From NCBI GenBank assembly GCA_963720265.1, contig CAVRET010000002.1, positions 328,704 through 392,703 of the forward strand: DNA of 64,000 nucleotides, written 5' to 3'. How positions within the stretch are numbered: the first letter of the stretch is position 1; each line of letters starts with the position of its first letter. The translations under genes were made by a program, and so were the position numbers. Below the pieces are notes generated by a model. The model was not told where the DNA came from. It did not search any database and saw nothing but the letters and a program-made list of their open reading frames with translations. Shown here piece by piece: positions 29,241-39,287 of the stretch. The stretch is from an uncultured bacterium. Lineage in GTDB: Bacteria > Patescibacteriota > Saccharimonadia > UBA4664.

Positions 29241-29588
29241 TCACACTCTCGAATGCGGAAAGAATTTCGCCACCAGCGTATAGGTGGTAAAAGAATTAAC
29301 GACCTCTTCAAGGTCAAGACGAACATGCGCCGGGATCACTGCAAAATATTTGGTTTTTGCATGTACCCTTTGGTACTCTTCCGTCGACATTAGGATCGTT
29401 TCATGGCACGCTTCATCGTCACACTCACAGTGAAAAGCCATGTTTGAATGATCTTGAAGGCGTATGTCCTTTCTGGACTGTACTACCTTTTCCATGCGTT
29501 CTTCATTAAGTATCTTGGACCCAAATTCATTGAGGATGCGCTTTTCTATAGCCACCTTCAATGCTTCCGTAGGCGATTTATCATTCAT
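29241..29588 (-). CDS. Hypothetical protein with 'HCECDDEACHE' Cys/His cluster, AT-rich (likely acquired)
   Basis: ORF in a local GC trough adjacent to tRNA-Asn. Confidence 0.25.
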   Translation of the reverse strand: MNDKSPTEALKVAIEKRILNEFGSKILNEERMEKVVQSRKDIRLQDHSNMAFHCECDDEACHETILMSTEEYQRVHAKTKYFAVIPAHVRLDLEEVVNSFTTYTLVAKFFPHSRV

Positions 29589-30131
29589 ACCAGCCTCTAC
29601 ATTGGCTAAGGGTTGGCTTAACCAGAGCATTATTACTCTGGAATGAGGGCTAGACCGAGCAGCGGCTCAAAGCTGTGAAGACCTAGTCGACATGATGCTG
29701 ACCTTCACCATCATGTTTCTAGCTGATTGCATTATGTCACCTTTGTATAGTGCTTGCCGAAAGAAAATAGAACGACATCAAATTCATCGCAACAATTGCA
29801 TACGCTAAGCAAAGTTTCTGGACAACTCAACGATAAGCACCATGAGTTTGACGTTAGAACTATAATTTGCCGTTCAAGTACTTACTCGCAACACTCAATG
29901 CGAACGAAGGCAGAATAATAAACACAGTAATAATTAGGAGCTTCATCAGCATTTTGTTGAGGTCAGAGCCGTCTTTATCAACGCCGTTAGCAGGAGATGT
30001 CAGCACCGATAATATTCCGATAATGCCGAAAGCGATCGAAGCGTAGACAAATATTCGTGTAGCTAGCTTTTGCATATGGTAAGTATATCAAAAAGGGCCT
30101 GCGTAAGGCTCTTTTTTAAACATAAGTTCTT

Positions 30132-30206
30132 TGGCTCCGGAGGTCGGGCTCGAACCGACGACCCAACGGTTAACAGCCGTTTGCTCTACCACTGAGCTAC
30201 TCCGGA
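30132..30206 (-). tRNA. tRNA-Asn (anticodon GTT), CCA encoded
   Basis: Cloverleaf folded by hand: acceptor TCCGGAG/CTCCGGA, anticodon loop CTGTTAA, T-loop GGTTCGAGC. Confidence 0.85.
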
Positions 30207-30439
30207 ATACGAAGGCGATTATACGCGAAATCTGGGATACAGGTCAATTGGCAGCTCGCCTGGATTTTAGTCCTTAGAATTTTGCACAATATCAGATTGA
30301 GGCTACAAAAAGGATAAAACCAAACTGTCATCACGTAAAACTGAGATTTTGCTGGCCAACCCTTGGAAAAACAACCATGTACGAGACAATCAAATTAGCC
30401 CATATCTAAGGAATAAATCACGTTACAAGGAGGTTTGTT

Positions 30440-30994
30440 ATGAGTCCAGCCAACAGCCAGCTCAGAGAATTGTGGTGGCTCCTTTTGATTCGCGGTATCG
30501 CGCTCATATTATTCGGCGTGGTAGCAGTACTGTGGCCCGGTCTCACACTGGTTGGCTTGGCAGCCGCCTTTGCCATATTCTGGCTCATCACTGGGGTGAT
30601 CAACATCATTCAAGGAATAATGGGTATTGGGCGCCGCAGTCTGTGGTTTTTAACGCTCATCATTGGCCTAGCCGAACTTGGGCTGGCTGTCTATTTGCTC
30701 AAGCACCAACTGGTACTCGCAACCTTCATTGCGGTGATCGGCCTGTCGCTCATCATCTTGGGCATCATGGAGATTGTGGCGGCCTTTGAGCCGGGTGAGG
30801 ACGCGGGCAGCCGTTTCCTGGCCATTATTGGTGCGGCTCTAGCGCTCATTGCCGGCTTCGTGACGTTGCGTGAGCCGCTCTCCAGTGGTTTAGCGTTTAC
30901 CTGGGTCATCGGATTGTGGGCCTTGGTAGCTGGCGCACTGCAAGTTGCCGCTTGTTTGAGTCTGCACAGCAAGCTTGAGGCTGCCAGAGTCTAA
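30440..30994 (+). CDS. HdeD-family (DUF308) acid-resistance membrane protein
   Basis: Repeated DUF308-like TM pairs 'WWLLLIRGIALILFGVVAVLWPG'; RBS AAGGAGG at 30426. Confidence 0.6.
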   Translation: MSPANSQLRELWWLLLIRGIALILFGVVAVLWPGLTLVGLAAAFAIFWLITGVINIIQGIMGIGRRSLWFLTLIIGLAELGLAVYLLKHQLVLATFIAVIGLSLIILGIMEIVAAFEPGEDAGSRFLAIIGAALALIAGFVTLREPLSSGLAFTWVIGLWALVAGALQVAACLSLHSKLEAARV

Positions 30995-31035
30995 ACTCAG
31001 CATGCTCTCAGCCAGATTACATTACAATGTGAGCC

Positions 31036-31713
31036 ATGAGAATTCTGGTTGTCGAAGACGAGCACAAAATTGCCGGCGCTATCAAGCGTGGGCTTGAACA
31101 AGAGTCGTATGCCGTAGACGTGGCCTACGACAGCGACGAGGGCTTAAGTTCCGCCCTCACTGATGAATATGATGTGGTCGTTCTCGACCGCATGTTGCCG
31201 GGATTACTCGACGGCGCCGACATTTGCAAAGAAGTGCGCGCCGCCGGCATTCGCACTCCCATCCTCATGCTCACGGCCAAAGATAAGGTGGCCGATCGGG
31301 TTGGGGGACTCAACGCCGGCGCCGACGACTACCTCATTAAGCCGTTTGCCTTCGAAGAGCTGTTGGCCAGAATTCGCGCGCTGCTGCGCCGTCCCCAAGA
31401 TACAGTCGGCGACGTCCTGCAAATTGATGACCTCACGCTCAACACTCAAACCTACGAGGTGAAGCGCCAGAATCGCAAAATTCAGCTCTCGCAGCGCGAA
31501 TACGCTTTGCTCGAGTACCTGCTGCGCAACCAAAACCGCATCCTCTCCAAAAATAACATTATCGGCCATGTCTGGGACTACGACGCCGACATCCTGCCCA
31601 ATACCCTGGAAGTATACATCGGCTATTTGCGTGCTAAGATTGAGCGGCCGTTTTCCGGACCTGAGCTTATTCACACCGTGCGCGGCTTCGGGTATAAAGT
31701 CAGTATTGAATAA
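31036..31713 (+). CDS. OmpR-family response regulator
   Basis: Receiver 'MRILVVEDE...VVLDRMLPG...DDYLIKPF', C-terminal winged helix 'VYIGYLRAKIE'. Confidence 0.85.
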   Translation: MRILVVEDEHKIAGAIKRGLEQESYAVDVAYDSDEGLSSALTDEYDVVVLDRMLPGLLDGADICKEVRAAGIRTPILMLTAKDKVADRVGGLNAGADDYLIKPFAFEELLARIRALLRRPQDTVGDVLQIDDLTLNTQTYEVKRQNRKIQLSQREYALLEYLLRNQNRILSKNNIIGHVWDYDADILPNTLEVYIGYLRAKIERPFSGPELIHTVRGFGYKVSIE

Positions 31714-31728
31714 CTCAGGTTCCAGAAG

Positions 31729-32811
31729 GTGATTGAATCGGCCACGCTTAAACTGACGTTGTGGTACCTCGCCATTATTATGGCGATTAGTTTGGTGTTT
31801 AGTTTTGCCCTGTACCGTGAATCCATGGGCCAGCTCAACGACCAGGCCAACCGGCAGCGCACAGCCATCGAACGCTACATGCCACCGCCGGGTCTCGACC
31901 CACAAGACGACCAAATCTCTCAATATCTCGAAAATCAGCTCAACAAAGAGCTTGATGCCGCCCAACGCAAACTCTTGTTCCGACTCGGCACACTCGATCT
32001 CGTAACTCTAGTGCTTGGCGCCGCGGCTTCATACCTGCTCGCCGGCCGCACCCTCAAGCCAATCGAAGATTCGCTTGAAGCCCAAGGCCGCTTCACTGCC
32101 GATGCCTCGCACGAACTCCGCACGCCGCTCACGGCCATGCGCACAGAAATTGAAGTCGCACTGCGCGAGCACGAACTGTCACCGGGCGACGCCCGCGAGC
32201 TCCTATCCTCGAATCTCGAAGAAATCGCCAAGCTTGAGCAACTCTCGGCCGGCCTGCTCAGGCTCGCCCGCACGGAAAAAAGTCTTGATCCCACGGTCAT
32301 CAAGTCAGTGCCGGTCGGGGAACTATTCGAAGCCGCCGCCGCCCGGCTCCAGTCGCAACTTAAGGCTCATCATATTAAACTTACGACCGAAACCGGCGAC
32401 GAAACCGTCTCCGGCGACCGCGACAGCCTCGTTGAACTGATCGTGATTTTGCTAGATAACGCTATTAAATACAGCCCGGAGGGCGCCGGCGTAACCCTAC
32501 GAGCAGCCGGCGGCAATCAGAACGTAACTCTGGCTGTTATTGATGAGGGCATGGGCATCAAAGCCACGGACATCCCTCACATTTTTGACCGCTTCTACCG
32601 CGCCGACCGCTCTCGCAGCCGCGAGCACGAACGCGTCGGCGGCTATGGCCTTGGCCTGTCAATTGCTAAGCGCATCGTCGATGTTCATCACGGCACGATC
32701 AGTGTTAATAGTAAGCCTAATCACGGCACTACCTTTACCATCAAACTCCCAAACACCTATGAGCCGGCCAAACCGCCTTTTCTAAGCCTCATCTCAGAAC
32801 TCAAGCGTTAA
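31729..32811 (+). CDS. Sensor histidine kinase (HisKA + HATPase_c), 2 TM
   Basis: H-box 'DASHELRTPLTAM', N-box 'DNAIKYS', G-boxes 'DEGMGI','GGYGLGLSI'. Confidence 0.8.
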   Translation: MIESATLKLTLWYLAIIMAISLVFSFALYRESMGQLNDQANRQRTAIERYMPPPGLDPQDDQISQYLENQLNKELDAAQRKLLFRLGTLDLVTLVLGAAASYLLAGRTLKPIEDSLEAQGRFTADASHELRTPLTAMRTEIEVALREHELSPGDARELLSSNLEEIAKLEQLSAGLLRLARTEKSLDPTVIKSVPVGELFEAAAARLQSQLKAHHIKLTTETGDETVSGDRDSLVELIVILLDNAIKYSPEGAGVTLRAAGGNQNVTLAVIDEGMGIKATDIPHIFDRFYRADRSRSREHERVGGYGLGLSIAKRIVDVHHGTISVNSKPNHGTTFTIKLPNTYEPAKPPFLSLISELKR

Positions 32812-32820
32812 ATTACCTCC

Positions 32821-34236
32821 ATGAGTGCAATAACACGTGGTGCGCGTAGCGTATTCCGCAATTCAATTAGAACGTCTGGAGTCACAATAATTCTTGGCCT
32901 CAGCATCGGGCTAGCCCTGGTCATGCTGCTGGCTCTTAAAACTGTCCAGTCCCGCATTAATAGTGTGAAATCGTCTATCGACAACACCGTGAGTATTTCG
33001 CCGGCCGGCTTTAGCGCCTTTAGCACGGCCAACAATGCTCTGTCCACAACCGACCTCGACAAAGTGTCGTCCTTGCCGCACGTCACGAACGTCACCCAAA
33101 CACTCACTGGCCGCCTCACTACCATCGGCAGCACAACACCGAGTTTTGGCAACCAAACCCAAAACTCAAGCGCCACGACCAGCCTTACCTCACCGGTCAA
33201 ACTCAACACGAACGGGGGTTCCGGCAGTGGTAGCGGCGGTGGGGGACGCGTCTTCTTCGAAGGCGGCGGCACGCTGCCGGCCAACTTCAGCCTGCCCATT
33301 AGCATCGTCGGCACCAACAACCCCTTAAGCCTCAACGGCACCAGCTTGAGCATCACGAGCGGTGCTACCATCGACGGCAGCAAAGACACTGATAACGCGC
33401 TCATCAGCGCCGACATGGCCTCCAAAAATAATCTCAAAGTCGGCCAAACCTTCACTGCTTACGCAACCAAGCTCACCGTTGCCGGTATCTTCAGCTCAAG
33501 CAGCCAAGGAGCGAGCAATAACGTGATTGTGGCACTGCCCACTGAGCAGCGCCTCAGCGGTCAGGCCGGCGACGTCACCAGCGCCACAGCCACCATCGAT
33601 TCCGTCGACAACTTAAGCTCGGCTACGACAGCCATTAAAAACACGCTGGGCTCCAGCGCCGACGTTGAGAACTCGCAACAGCAGGTCAACAGCGCCATTC
33701 AGCCACTCGAAAACATTAAGACCATCTCAACCTATAGCCTCATCGGCGCCCTCGTGGCCGGCGGGATCATCATCTTCCTCACCATGCTCATGATTGTGCG
33801 CGAACGGCGCCGCGAGATCGGCGTGCTCAAGGCCATCGGCGCTTCCAACTACAAGATCGTTGTCCAGTTCGTGTCCGAAGCGCTCACGCTCACACTATTT
33901 GGTGCTGTGCTCGGTATGGTCGCCGGCCTCGCGCTCTCCAACCCAATCCTAAAAATGCTGGTCACCTCGAGCACAACTACCACAACCACTACCGGCGGTG
34001 CAGGCGGCTCCCGTGGTGGTGGTGGTTTTGCTGGTGCTGCCGGCGCGGCCGGCCGTGGCTTTGCCCGCGCTCTTGGTGGCGGCGGCCGCGACCTCGCCAA
34101 TCTTCACGCCGCCGTCGGCTACGACCTGCTGCTCTACGGCCTCGCCGCCGCGTTCGTCATTGCGGTTATTGGCAGCGCCTTGCCGGCCTGGTTAATTGCC
34201 CGGGTCCGCCCGGCCGAAGTTCTGAGAGGAGAATAA
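32821..34236 (+). CDS. MacB-type ABC exporter permease (FtsX domain) with large extracytoplasmic domain and Gly-rich inserts
   Basis: C-terminal FtsX 'IGALVAGGIIIFLTMLMIVRERRREIGVLKAIGAS'; 1+3 TM topology. Confidence 0.7.
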   Translation: MSAITRGARSVFRNSIRTSGVTIILGLSIGLALVMLLALKTVQSRINSVKSSIDNTVSISPAGFSAFSTANNALSTTDLDKVSSLPHVTNVTQTLTGRLTTIGSTTPSFGNQTQNSSATTSLTSPVKLNTNGGSGSGSGGGGRVFFEGGGTLPANFSLPISIVGTNNPLSLNGTSLSITSGATIDGSKDTDNALISADMASKNNLKVGQTFTAYATKLTVAGIFSSSSQGASNNVIVALPTEQRLSGQAGDVTSATATIDSVDNLSSATTAIKNTLGSSADVENSQQQVNSAIQPLENIKTISTYSLIGALVAGGIIIFLTMLMIVRERRREIGVLKAIGASNYKIVVQFVSEALTLTLFGAVLGMVAGLALSNPILKMLVTSSTTTTTTTGGAGGSRGGGGFAGAAGAAGRGFARALGGGGRDLANLHAAVGYDLLLYGLAAAFVIAVIGSALPAWLIARVRPAEVLRGE

Positions 34237-34238
34237 TC

Positions 34239-34991
34239 ATGCTTACGGTCACAAACCTCACCAAAACCTTCAAAAGCGCCGCCGGCCCGGTCACGGCCGT
34301 GAACAGCGTCAATTTCCATGTCCCGGACGGCAAGTTCGCCGCCATCATTGGCAAATCCGGCTCGGGCAAAACCACACTACTGTCATTGCTCGGCGCGCTC
34401 GACAAGCCCACGTCCGGCACCATCGACGTCTCAGGCCAGGCTATCACAAGCTTCGGCGACCGCAAACTTACCGAATACCGCCGCAGCCGGATTGGCTTTG
34501 TCTTCCAGGCCTACAACCTCATTCCCAACCTATCAGCGCTCGAAAATGTTATGCTCCCCATGGAATTTGCCGGGGAAAAGAAGCCGGCCCGCCGCGCCCG
34601 CGCGCTAGAATTGCTCGGTCAAGTCGGCATCACCGAAGAAGAGGCTGCCCGCAAACCCACCCGTTTGTCCGGCGGCCAGCAGCAACGTGTGGCCATCGCT
34701 CGCGCACTTGCCAACGAGCCCAAGCTCATCTTGGCAGACGAACCTACCGGCAACCTCGACAGTGCCACCGGCAAGGTTATCGTCAACCTCATGCACGAGC
34801 TCGCCCGCACCAAGCAAACCACCATTGTGGCCGTCACTCACGATCTCGAAATCGCCCGCCAGACCGACATCACCTTCCGCCTCGCCGATGGTCATCTTGA
34901 GTCCGGCCATGTGCCGGCCCGCCAGGCCGCGGCACCGGTCACTGCCCCAGCGACTCCGGCCCCCGTGCGTAAACGTTCGGTGGCACTATGA
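34239..34991 (+). CDS. ABC transporter ATP-binding protein (MacB/LolD-type)
   Basis: '[15 protein letters not shown]','[15 protein letters not shown]','[12 protein letters not shown]'. Confidence 0.85.
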   Translation: MLTVTNLTKTFKSAAGPVTAVNSVNFHVPDGKFAAIIGKSGSGKTTLLSLLGALDKPTSGTIDVSGQAITSFGDRKLTEYRRSRIGFVFQAYNLIPNLSALENVMLPMEFAGEKKPARRARALELLGQVGITEEEAARKPTRLSGGQQQRVAIARALANEPKLILADEPTGNLDSATGKVIVNLMHELARTKQTTIVAVTHDLEIARQTDITFRLADGHLESGHVPARQAAAPVTAPATPAPVRKRSVAL

Positions 34992-35458
34992 AGCGTTTCG
35001 ACCTCATCATTATCGTTGTGGCCGTCGCGGTCATCGCCGCCGGCGGCGGCTTCGCGCTCGGGCACTACACGGCTGCCAAGTCGGCCAGCGCCTCAAGCAG
35101 CCAGAGCGCGAACGGCTCCGGCTCACGCGGCTCCGGCGGCGGCTTTGCCGGCAGGCGCGGCGGATTTGGCGTCCGTGGCACAGTTGCGTCAGTGAGTGGT
35201 AACACCATCATGGTCACCGGATCAAACGGCACCACCTACACCGTGAACATCAGCTCCAGCACGACATATTCCAATGGCTTCGGCTCCTCTGCTACTTCGG
35301 CCAGCCTGTCCAATGTCACTGCCGGCACTACCGTCCTCGCCGCAGGCCAAACTTCCGGAACCACTGTCACGGCCACACGCATCATTCTCAACCCGCCCAA
35401 TTTCGGCTCCGGCTCGGGCGGTTCTTCCAACGGCTCCGGCAACACCACCAGCGACTAA
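34988..35458 (+). CDS. Membrane-anchored Gly/Ser-rich protein (accessory of the ABC/two-component module?)
   Basis: N-terminal TM then low-complexity 'SGGGFAGRRGGFG' and a Thr-rich beta-like segment. Confidence 0.3.
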   Translation: MKRFDLIIIVVAVAVIAAGGGFALGHYTAAKSASASSSQSANGSGSRGSGGGFAGRRGGFGVRGTVASVSGNTIMVTGSNGTTYTVNISSSTTYSNGFGSSATSASLSNVTAGTTVLAAGQTSGTTVTATRIILNPPNFGSGSGGSSNGSGNTTSD

Positions 35459-35470
35459 CTCAAACCATTC

Positions 35471-36061
35471 CTAATTCAGCGCCGTCAGCCGTTCGTATGC
35501 AATCGGCAATTCGGTAAAGCCGTCGTCGCCGCTAAAGTGCCCCATGTTATGCAGGAGTATCCCTTCTGCTCCCAACTCCTGCTTGAAGGTGGTCAAGTTT
35601 TCCACCGCCACCCACTTGTCGTTATCAGACTGAATAGCAACGAACTTGTGGCAACGGCGCTTGATCTCGCCCCACTGCAACGGAGTTGTAAAAAAGCCCG
35701 ACAATTCGCCGGAATATCCCGGCGCCGTCAGATCTGATGCAAATCCGGCCACCAGCATTGCTCCTCCAATTGCTTCTGCGCCACGCAATGTCTCTAAATA
35801 GCGCAAAATCGTGACACACCCCAAGCTATGGCCCACCAAATAAGTGTCCAGGTCCGGCCGGCCCACAATTTCTGAGAGCTCTTGAACCCACGTTCCCATC
35901 ACCGGTTGCATCGTATCCGGCATGGCCGGTACCGCAACGGCCCAGCCGTCTTGCTTCAATTTGCGCTTCAGCCACGGTAGCCATCCGGCCTCCGGCGTTC
36001 CCTCCCAACCGTGTACAATAACCGCTCGTTTCATGGCTTTAAGCATAGCAAGCCGCCCCAA
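35471..36061 (-). CDS. Alpha/beta hydrolase, RBBP9/YdeN-like serine esterase (start ambiguous among three Met)
   Basis: 'VIVHGWEG','LVGHSLGC' nucleophile elbow. Confidence 0.55.
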   Translation of the reverse strand: MGRLAMLKAMKRAVIVHGWEGTPEAGWLPWLKRKLKQDGWAVAVPAMPDTMQPVMGTWVQELSEIVGRPDLDTYLVGHSLGCVTILRYLETLRGAEAIGGAMLVAGFASDLTAPGYSGELSGFFTTPLQWGEIKRRCHKFVAIQSDNDKWVAVENLTTFKQELGAEGILLHNMGHFSGDDGFTELPIAYERLTALN

Positions 36062-36099
36062 ACTTTACAGCTGTACCCCTATCACGCTAGGCTATAGCT

Positions 36100-36639
36100 A
36101 TGACAAACCGAGTCATATTTATTATTGTGGCCGTGGTATTAGTAGCCGCCGGCCTCTATTTTCGTAGCCAAAACAGCAAATCAGCCAAAGCCCAAGTCGC
36201 TCAGATCTTAAACCTCGATACCGACGCCAGCGATACCGCCACTCCCATTGCCAATCTCAAGACATACGTTAATGGTCATATGGGGGCCTCGGCCGTCTTC
36301 ACGCTAGACGGCGCCTACCAGCGCGCCCAAACGGCCGCCGGCGCCGCCGCTGCCCAAGCCGCTGCCAACGCCCAGGTCTATGCCGCTGCCCAAGCCGCCT
36401 GCAGTGGCCACACCGATTCCATTACCCAGGCCGAATGCAACCAGCGCTATCTGAGTCAGCACCTCGTTACCGAAACCCCGGCCGGCACGTCCACGACGCC
36501 CCAATTAGTCGACTATCAGTACAACTTGCGCGCGCCGTTCTGGACCCCGGATGCAGCCGGCGCCTGTCTGCTCGGTGCCGCGTTAGCCGCAGCGGCTGCC
36601 ATTGTCACCTTCCTGCGGTCTAAACGAAAGGCAATCTGA
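36100..36639 (+). CDS. Hypothetical membrane-anchored Ala-rich protein
   Basis: N- and C-terminal TM segments; no motif. Confidence 0.3.
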   Translation: MTNRVIFIIVAVVLVAAGLYFRSQNSKSAKAQVAQILNLDTDASDTATPIANLKTYVNGHMGASAVFTLDGAYQRAQTAAGAAAAQAAANAQVYAAAQAACSGHTDSITQAECNQRYLSQHLVTETPAGTSTTPQLVDYQYNLRAPFWTPDAAGACLLGAALAAAAAIVTFLRSKRKAI

Positions 36640-37256
36640 TGTCAACGGTCCCATCGCTCGGCGAACGCTTCGTTAACACGGTCATCCCCACCCGCGTCCA
36701 GGTCTTAGGTGCGCTACTACTTTCACTCGTCATTCTGGTCGCCGCCCAAAGCCATGCTTTGCTCGTCGGCCTCGGCCTGCCGTCCGACATTGTCTCAGCT
36801 GGTCAAACACAGTTTAGCTCCAGGTTTGATAACGTCCTCAACTCTACGTTTGTGGCGCAGTTTGCCCTCATTACCTTCTGGGCCGTGGTTGGTCTTGTAA
36901 CCTATCTCGTCTGTTGGGGCGCCTACAATATCTTCATCGAGGCTCGCAATGAGGTGACACTCAAAACCTCCTACACTAACCGAGGCGGTAATGATCACAG
37001 CCCATATCGCATACTAGCCTTTAAGGCTGCTGCAGCCGTCGGGCTCGCGGCCACCATTGGAGCCTTGCGTTACGGGTTTGCCTTGTCGGTCGCGCTGGCT
37101 TCCCGCTTTTCAAGCAGCCCCAGCCTCAGTACCGCCGGCTGGGCCGCCTTGGCTATCGTCTGTCTGGCCGTCGAACTATACTTCATCTTTGTCTTCATCC
37201 AATTAACCTTCACGCCCTGGTATAGTGCTATCGATCAGGAAGAATCATTTACATAA
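36639..37256 (+). CDS. Hypothetical polytopic membrane protein
   Basis: 4 hydrophobic segments; start overlaps previous stop. Confidence 0.3.
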   Translation: MSTVPSLGERFVNTVIPTRVQVLGALLLSLVILVAAQSHALLVGLGLPSDIVSAGQTQFSSRFDNVLNSTFVAQFALITFWAVVGLVTYLVCWGAYNIFIEARNEVTLKTSYTNRGGNDHSPYRILAFKAAAAVGLAATIGALRYGFALSVALASRFSSSPSLSTAGWAALAIVCLAVELYFIFVFIQLTFTPWYSAIDQEESFT

Positions 37257-37346
37257 GCTTGAGGTTGCGCTAAACTTCCGAAGTACATAATAAACCCGCC
37301 CCGAAGGTGGAGTGTCGTCCCGGCCGCAAAGCTTGGCGATGTTAAT

Positions 37347-37640
37347 GTGGAGCCAAGTTACGTGGCCAAGAAACTGTTCGTAGGCAATCTGCCGTACACA
37401 ACAACTAATGAGGAGCTCGGTGAGTTCTTCGCCCAGTTCGGCGAGGTCTTAAGTGCCGCCGTTATCATGGACCGGACGACCGGCCGTTCAAAGGGCTACG
37501 GCTTTGTTGAAATGACCGATGACACCGCCGCCGACGCGGCGATTACCGCCGCCGACTCTGAGGCCGGCGCTGAGCTCGATGGTCGCAAGCTGACCGTCAG
37601 CGTCGCTCGTCCCAAGGGCGACATGACCCTGGCCGCCTAA
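37347..37640 (+). CDS. RNA-recognition-motif (RRM) RNA-binding protein
   Basis: RNP-2 'LFVGNL', RNP-1 'KGYGFVEM'. Confidence 0.7.
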   Translation: MEPSYVAKKLFVGNLPYTTTNEELGEFFAQFGEVLSAAVIMDRTTGRSKGYGFVEMTDDTAADAAITAADSEAGAELDGRKLTVSVARPKGDMTLAA

Positions 37641-37690
37641 TCGCGGCTGGTCGTAGCGGCCGCCCTCTCCGGTATCTACCGGAACAAATT

Positions 37691-37712
37691 GGAGCCCACC
37701 GGCTCCTTTTTG
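37691..37712 (+). terminator. Rho-independent terminator GGAGCC-cacc-GGCTCC + T5
   Basis: Hairpin followed by TTTTT directly after RRM gene. Confidence 0.5.
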
Positions 37713-37736
37713 TTTGCCTTTCCTAATAAGATCTAA

Positions 37737-37766
37737 AAGGAGGAGCTCCTGGTGGAGCTCCTCCTT
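37737..37766. terminator. 13-4-13 perfect hairpin AAGGAGGAGCTCC-TGGT-GGAGCTCCTCCTT, A-run on + / T-run on - strand; terminator for minus-strand gene 37790..38386 (bidirectional)
   Basis: Read directly; convergent gene ends. Confidence 0.5.
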
Positions 37767-37789
37767 GGGTCGACCCGTAACTCTGCGAC

Positions 37790-38386
37790 TTACTTGCCGC
37801 TTGCTTGGTAATTGTCGATTGCTTGGACAACCTTACCGCTGTTCTTCAAGTTCTCCCAGAACAAAACCTGGTCTCGGCTGATGAACATCTCATCTTCCGG
37901 ACCGTGAAGCTCCCCGCCTAGTTTGGCCAACGAAACTTGCTGGTTATTGTTGCTGCTCGAGCTACTGCTGCTCGGCTGGACTGTTTGTTGAACCTGCAGG
38001 TAGTAGATGTCGGTCAGCTTCACGTAGCTTGAGTTAATATCCGCAAACTTGCCAAAGTAGACCTGGCCGTTGGTTAGGAACACAGCCTGGAATTGCTTGC
38101 TCTTCACCGCATTGTCGGCTGTTAATGCCCCGTACGCCCGGGCACCGAACCAAATGAGCACCGCTAGTGCAACGAGCCCAAACAAACCGGCAATAACCTT
38201 TGTCATTGTCGACATATCATGTGTGCGGCGGCTACTCGGCTGTGGCCGCGGTACCTGCGGCTCGGGCGCGTTATTGTCATTCACGGTCCTACGTACATCC
38301 ATATGCGAATTTGAACTCCACTCTAATTTAGCATTGAGGTTATGGTACAGGAGGGGCGCCTCAGTGTCCAGCCGATTAGCGGCCAC
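37790..38386 (-). CDS. Hypothetical membrane-anchored protein (true start may be Met at 38215)
   Basis: TM 'VIAGLFGLVALAVLIWF'; poly-Ser/Asn linker. Confidence 0.35.
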   Translation of the reverse strand: MAANRLDTEAPLLYHNLNAKLEWSSNSHMDVRRTVNDNNAPEPQVPRPQPSSRRTHDMSTMTKVIAGLFGLVALAVLIWFGARAYGALTADNAVKSKQFQAVFLTNGQVYFGKFADINSSYVKLTDIYYLQVQQTVQPSSSSSSSNNNQQVSLAKLGGELHGPEDEMFISRDQVLFWENLKNSGKVVQAIDNYQASGK

Positions 38387-38447
38387 TTTTTTGCGCCGCA
38401 GCCGTTCACACTGCTATAATCATAAGCACTATTGCAAGGTGATATTG

Positions 38448-39287
38448 GTGCCGCAGTCTGTCCTCATTTCATTCCGCTCCGGCCTCGGGCTGGCCGCCGG
38501 CGTGTTACTGCTGCTAGTTGCAGCCCCAGCCGCCCTCGCAAGTCTGTCTCAGGGCTATGCCACGACTAGCACCATTCCGGCCGGTAGCCTGGTTGCGCTC
38601 GATTCCAAATCCGCCGGCGTGGTCGACACTGCTACACTCGCCAACATCGGCCGGCTGTTTGGCGTTGTCGTGCCGCCCGCCTCTGCTTCGATCTCGCTTT
38701 CCGGCACCGGATCCGGCCAAGTGCAAGTCGGCACTACCGGCAGCGCCACCGTGTTTGTCACCAACGCCGCTGGCAACATTCATGTCGGCGACTACCTCAC
38801 CGTCAGCCCCATCGCGGGCGTTGCCGAGGAGGTCGGCACCGACTCCACCCGTGTCATTGGTACTGCCCAGGCCGACTTTAGCGGTACTGGCTCCGGGGTC
38901 ACCACGCAGTCCGTTACTGACGCGACCGGCCACAGCCGGACGGTCGCCGTCGGCCAAATCCCGATCCTGATCAATGTCTCAAGCTATACCTCAACCGCTG
39001 GCAAGCAACCATACGTTGTGCCCAACTGGCTGCAAAATCTTTCTAACACATTGGCCGGCAAAGCCGTGTCACCCATTCGCATCGTTATCGCTAGCCTCAT
39101 CCTGCTCGTTGCCCTCATGTGTATCACGGTGTTGCTCTACTCGGCTGTGCGTAATAGCATTATTTCCATCGGCCGCAACCCACTCTCGCGCAGTTCAGTT
39201 TTGCGAGGGCTGTTTGAGGTTGTTGCGATCGCCGGTATAATCTTGGCCGTCACCGCTGCGGCCATGTATGTGGTAATCTCCAAATGA
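38448..39287 (+). CDS. Secreted Thr/Ser/Gly-rich protein whose C-terminal 73 aa form a two-TM hairpin resembling an F-ATPase c subunit (possible in-frame atpE from GTG 39066)
   Basis: TATAAT at 38415-38420; GTG starts 38439/38448; signal peptide 'LGLAAGVLLLLVAAPAALA'; C-terminal 'IGRNPLSRSSVLRGLFEVVAIAGIILAV' (polar R-N-P loop + membrane Glu). Confidence 0.4.
   Translation: MPQSVLISFRSGLGLAAGVLLLLVAAPAALASLSQGYATTSTIPAGSLVALDSKSAGVVDTATLANIGRLFGVVVPPASASISLSGTGSGQVQVGTTGSATVFVTNAAGNIHVGDYLTVSPIAGVAEEVGTDSTRVIGTAQADFSGTGSGVTTQSVTDATGHSRTVAVGQIPILINVSSYTSTAGKQPYVVPNWLQNLSNTLAGKAVSPIRIVIASLILLVALMCITVLLYSAVRNSIISIGRNPLSRSSVLRGLFEVVAIAGIILAVTAAAMYVVISK

Noticed and set aside
33849-34100. Minus-strand ORF rich in Pro/Ala (and similar 34605..34910-)
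   Set aside because: It is the reverse complement of the Gly-rich coding segment of the FtsX gene, which makes it a compositional artefact.
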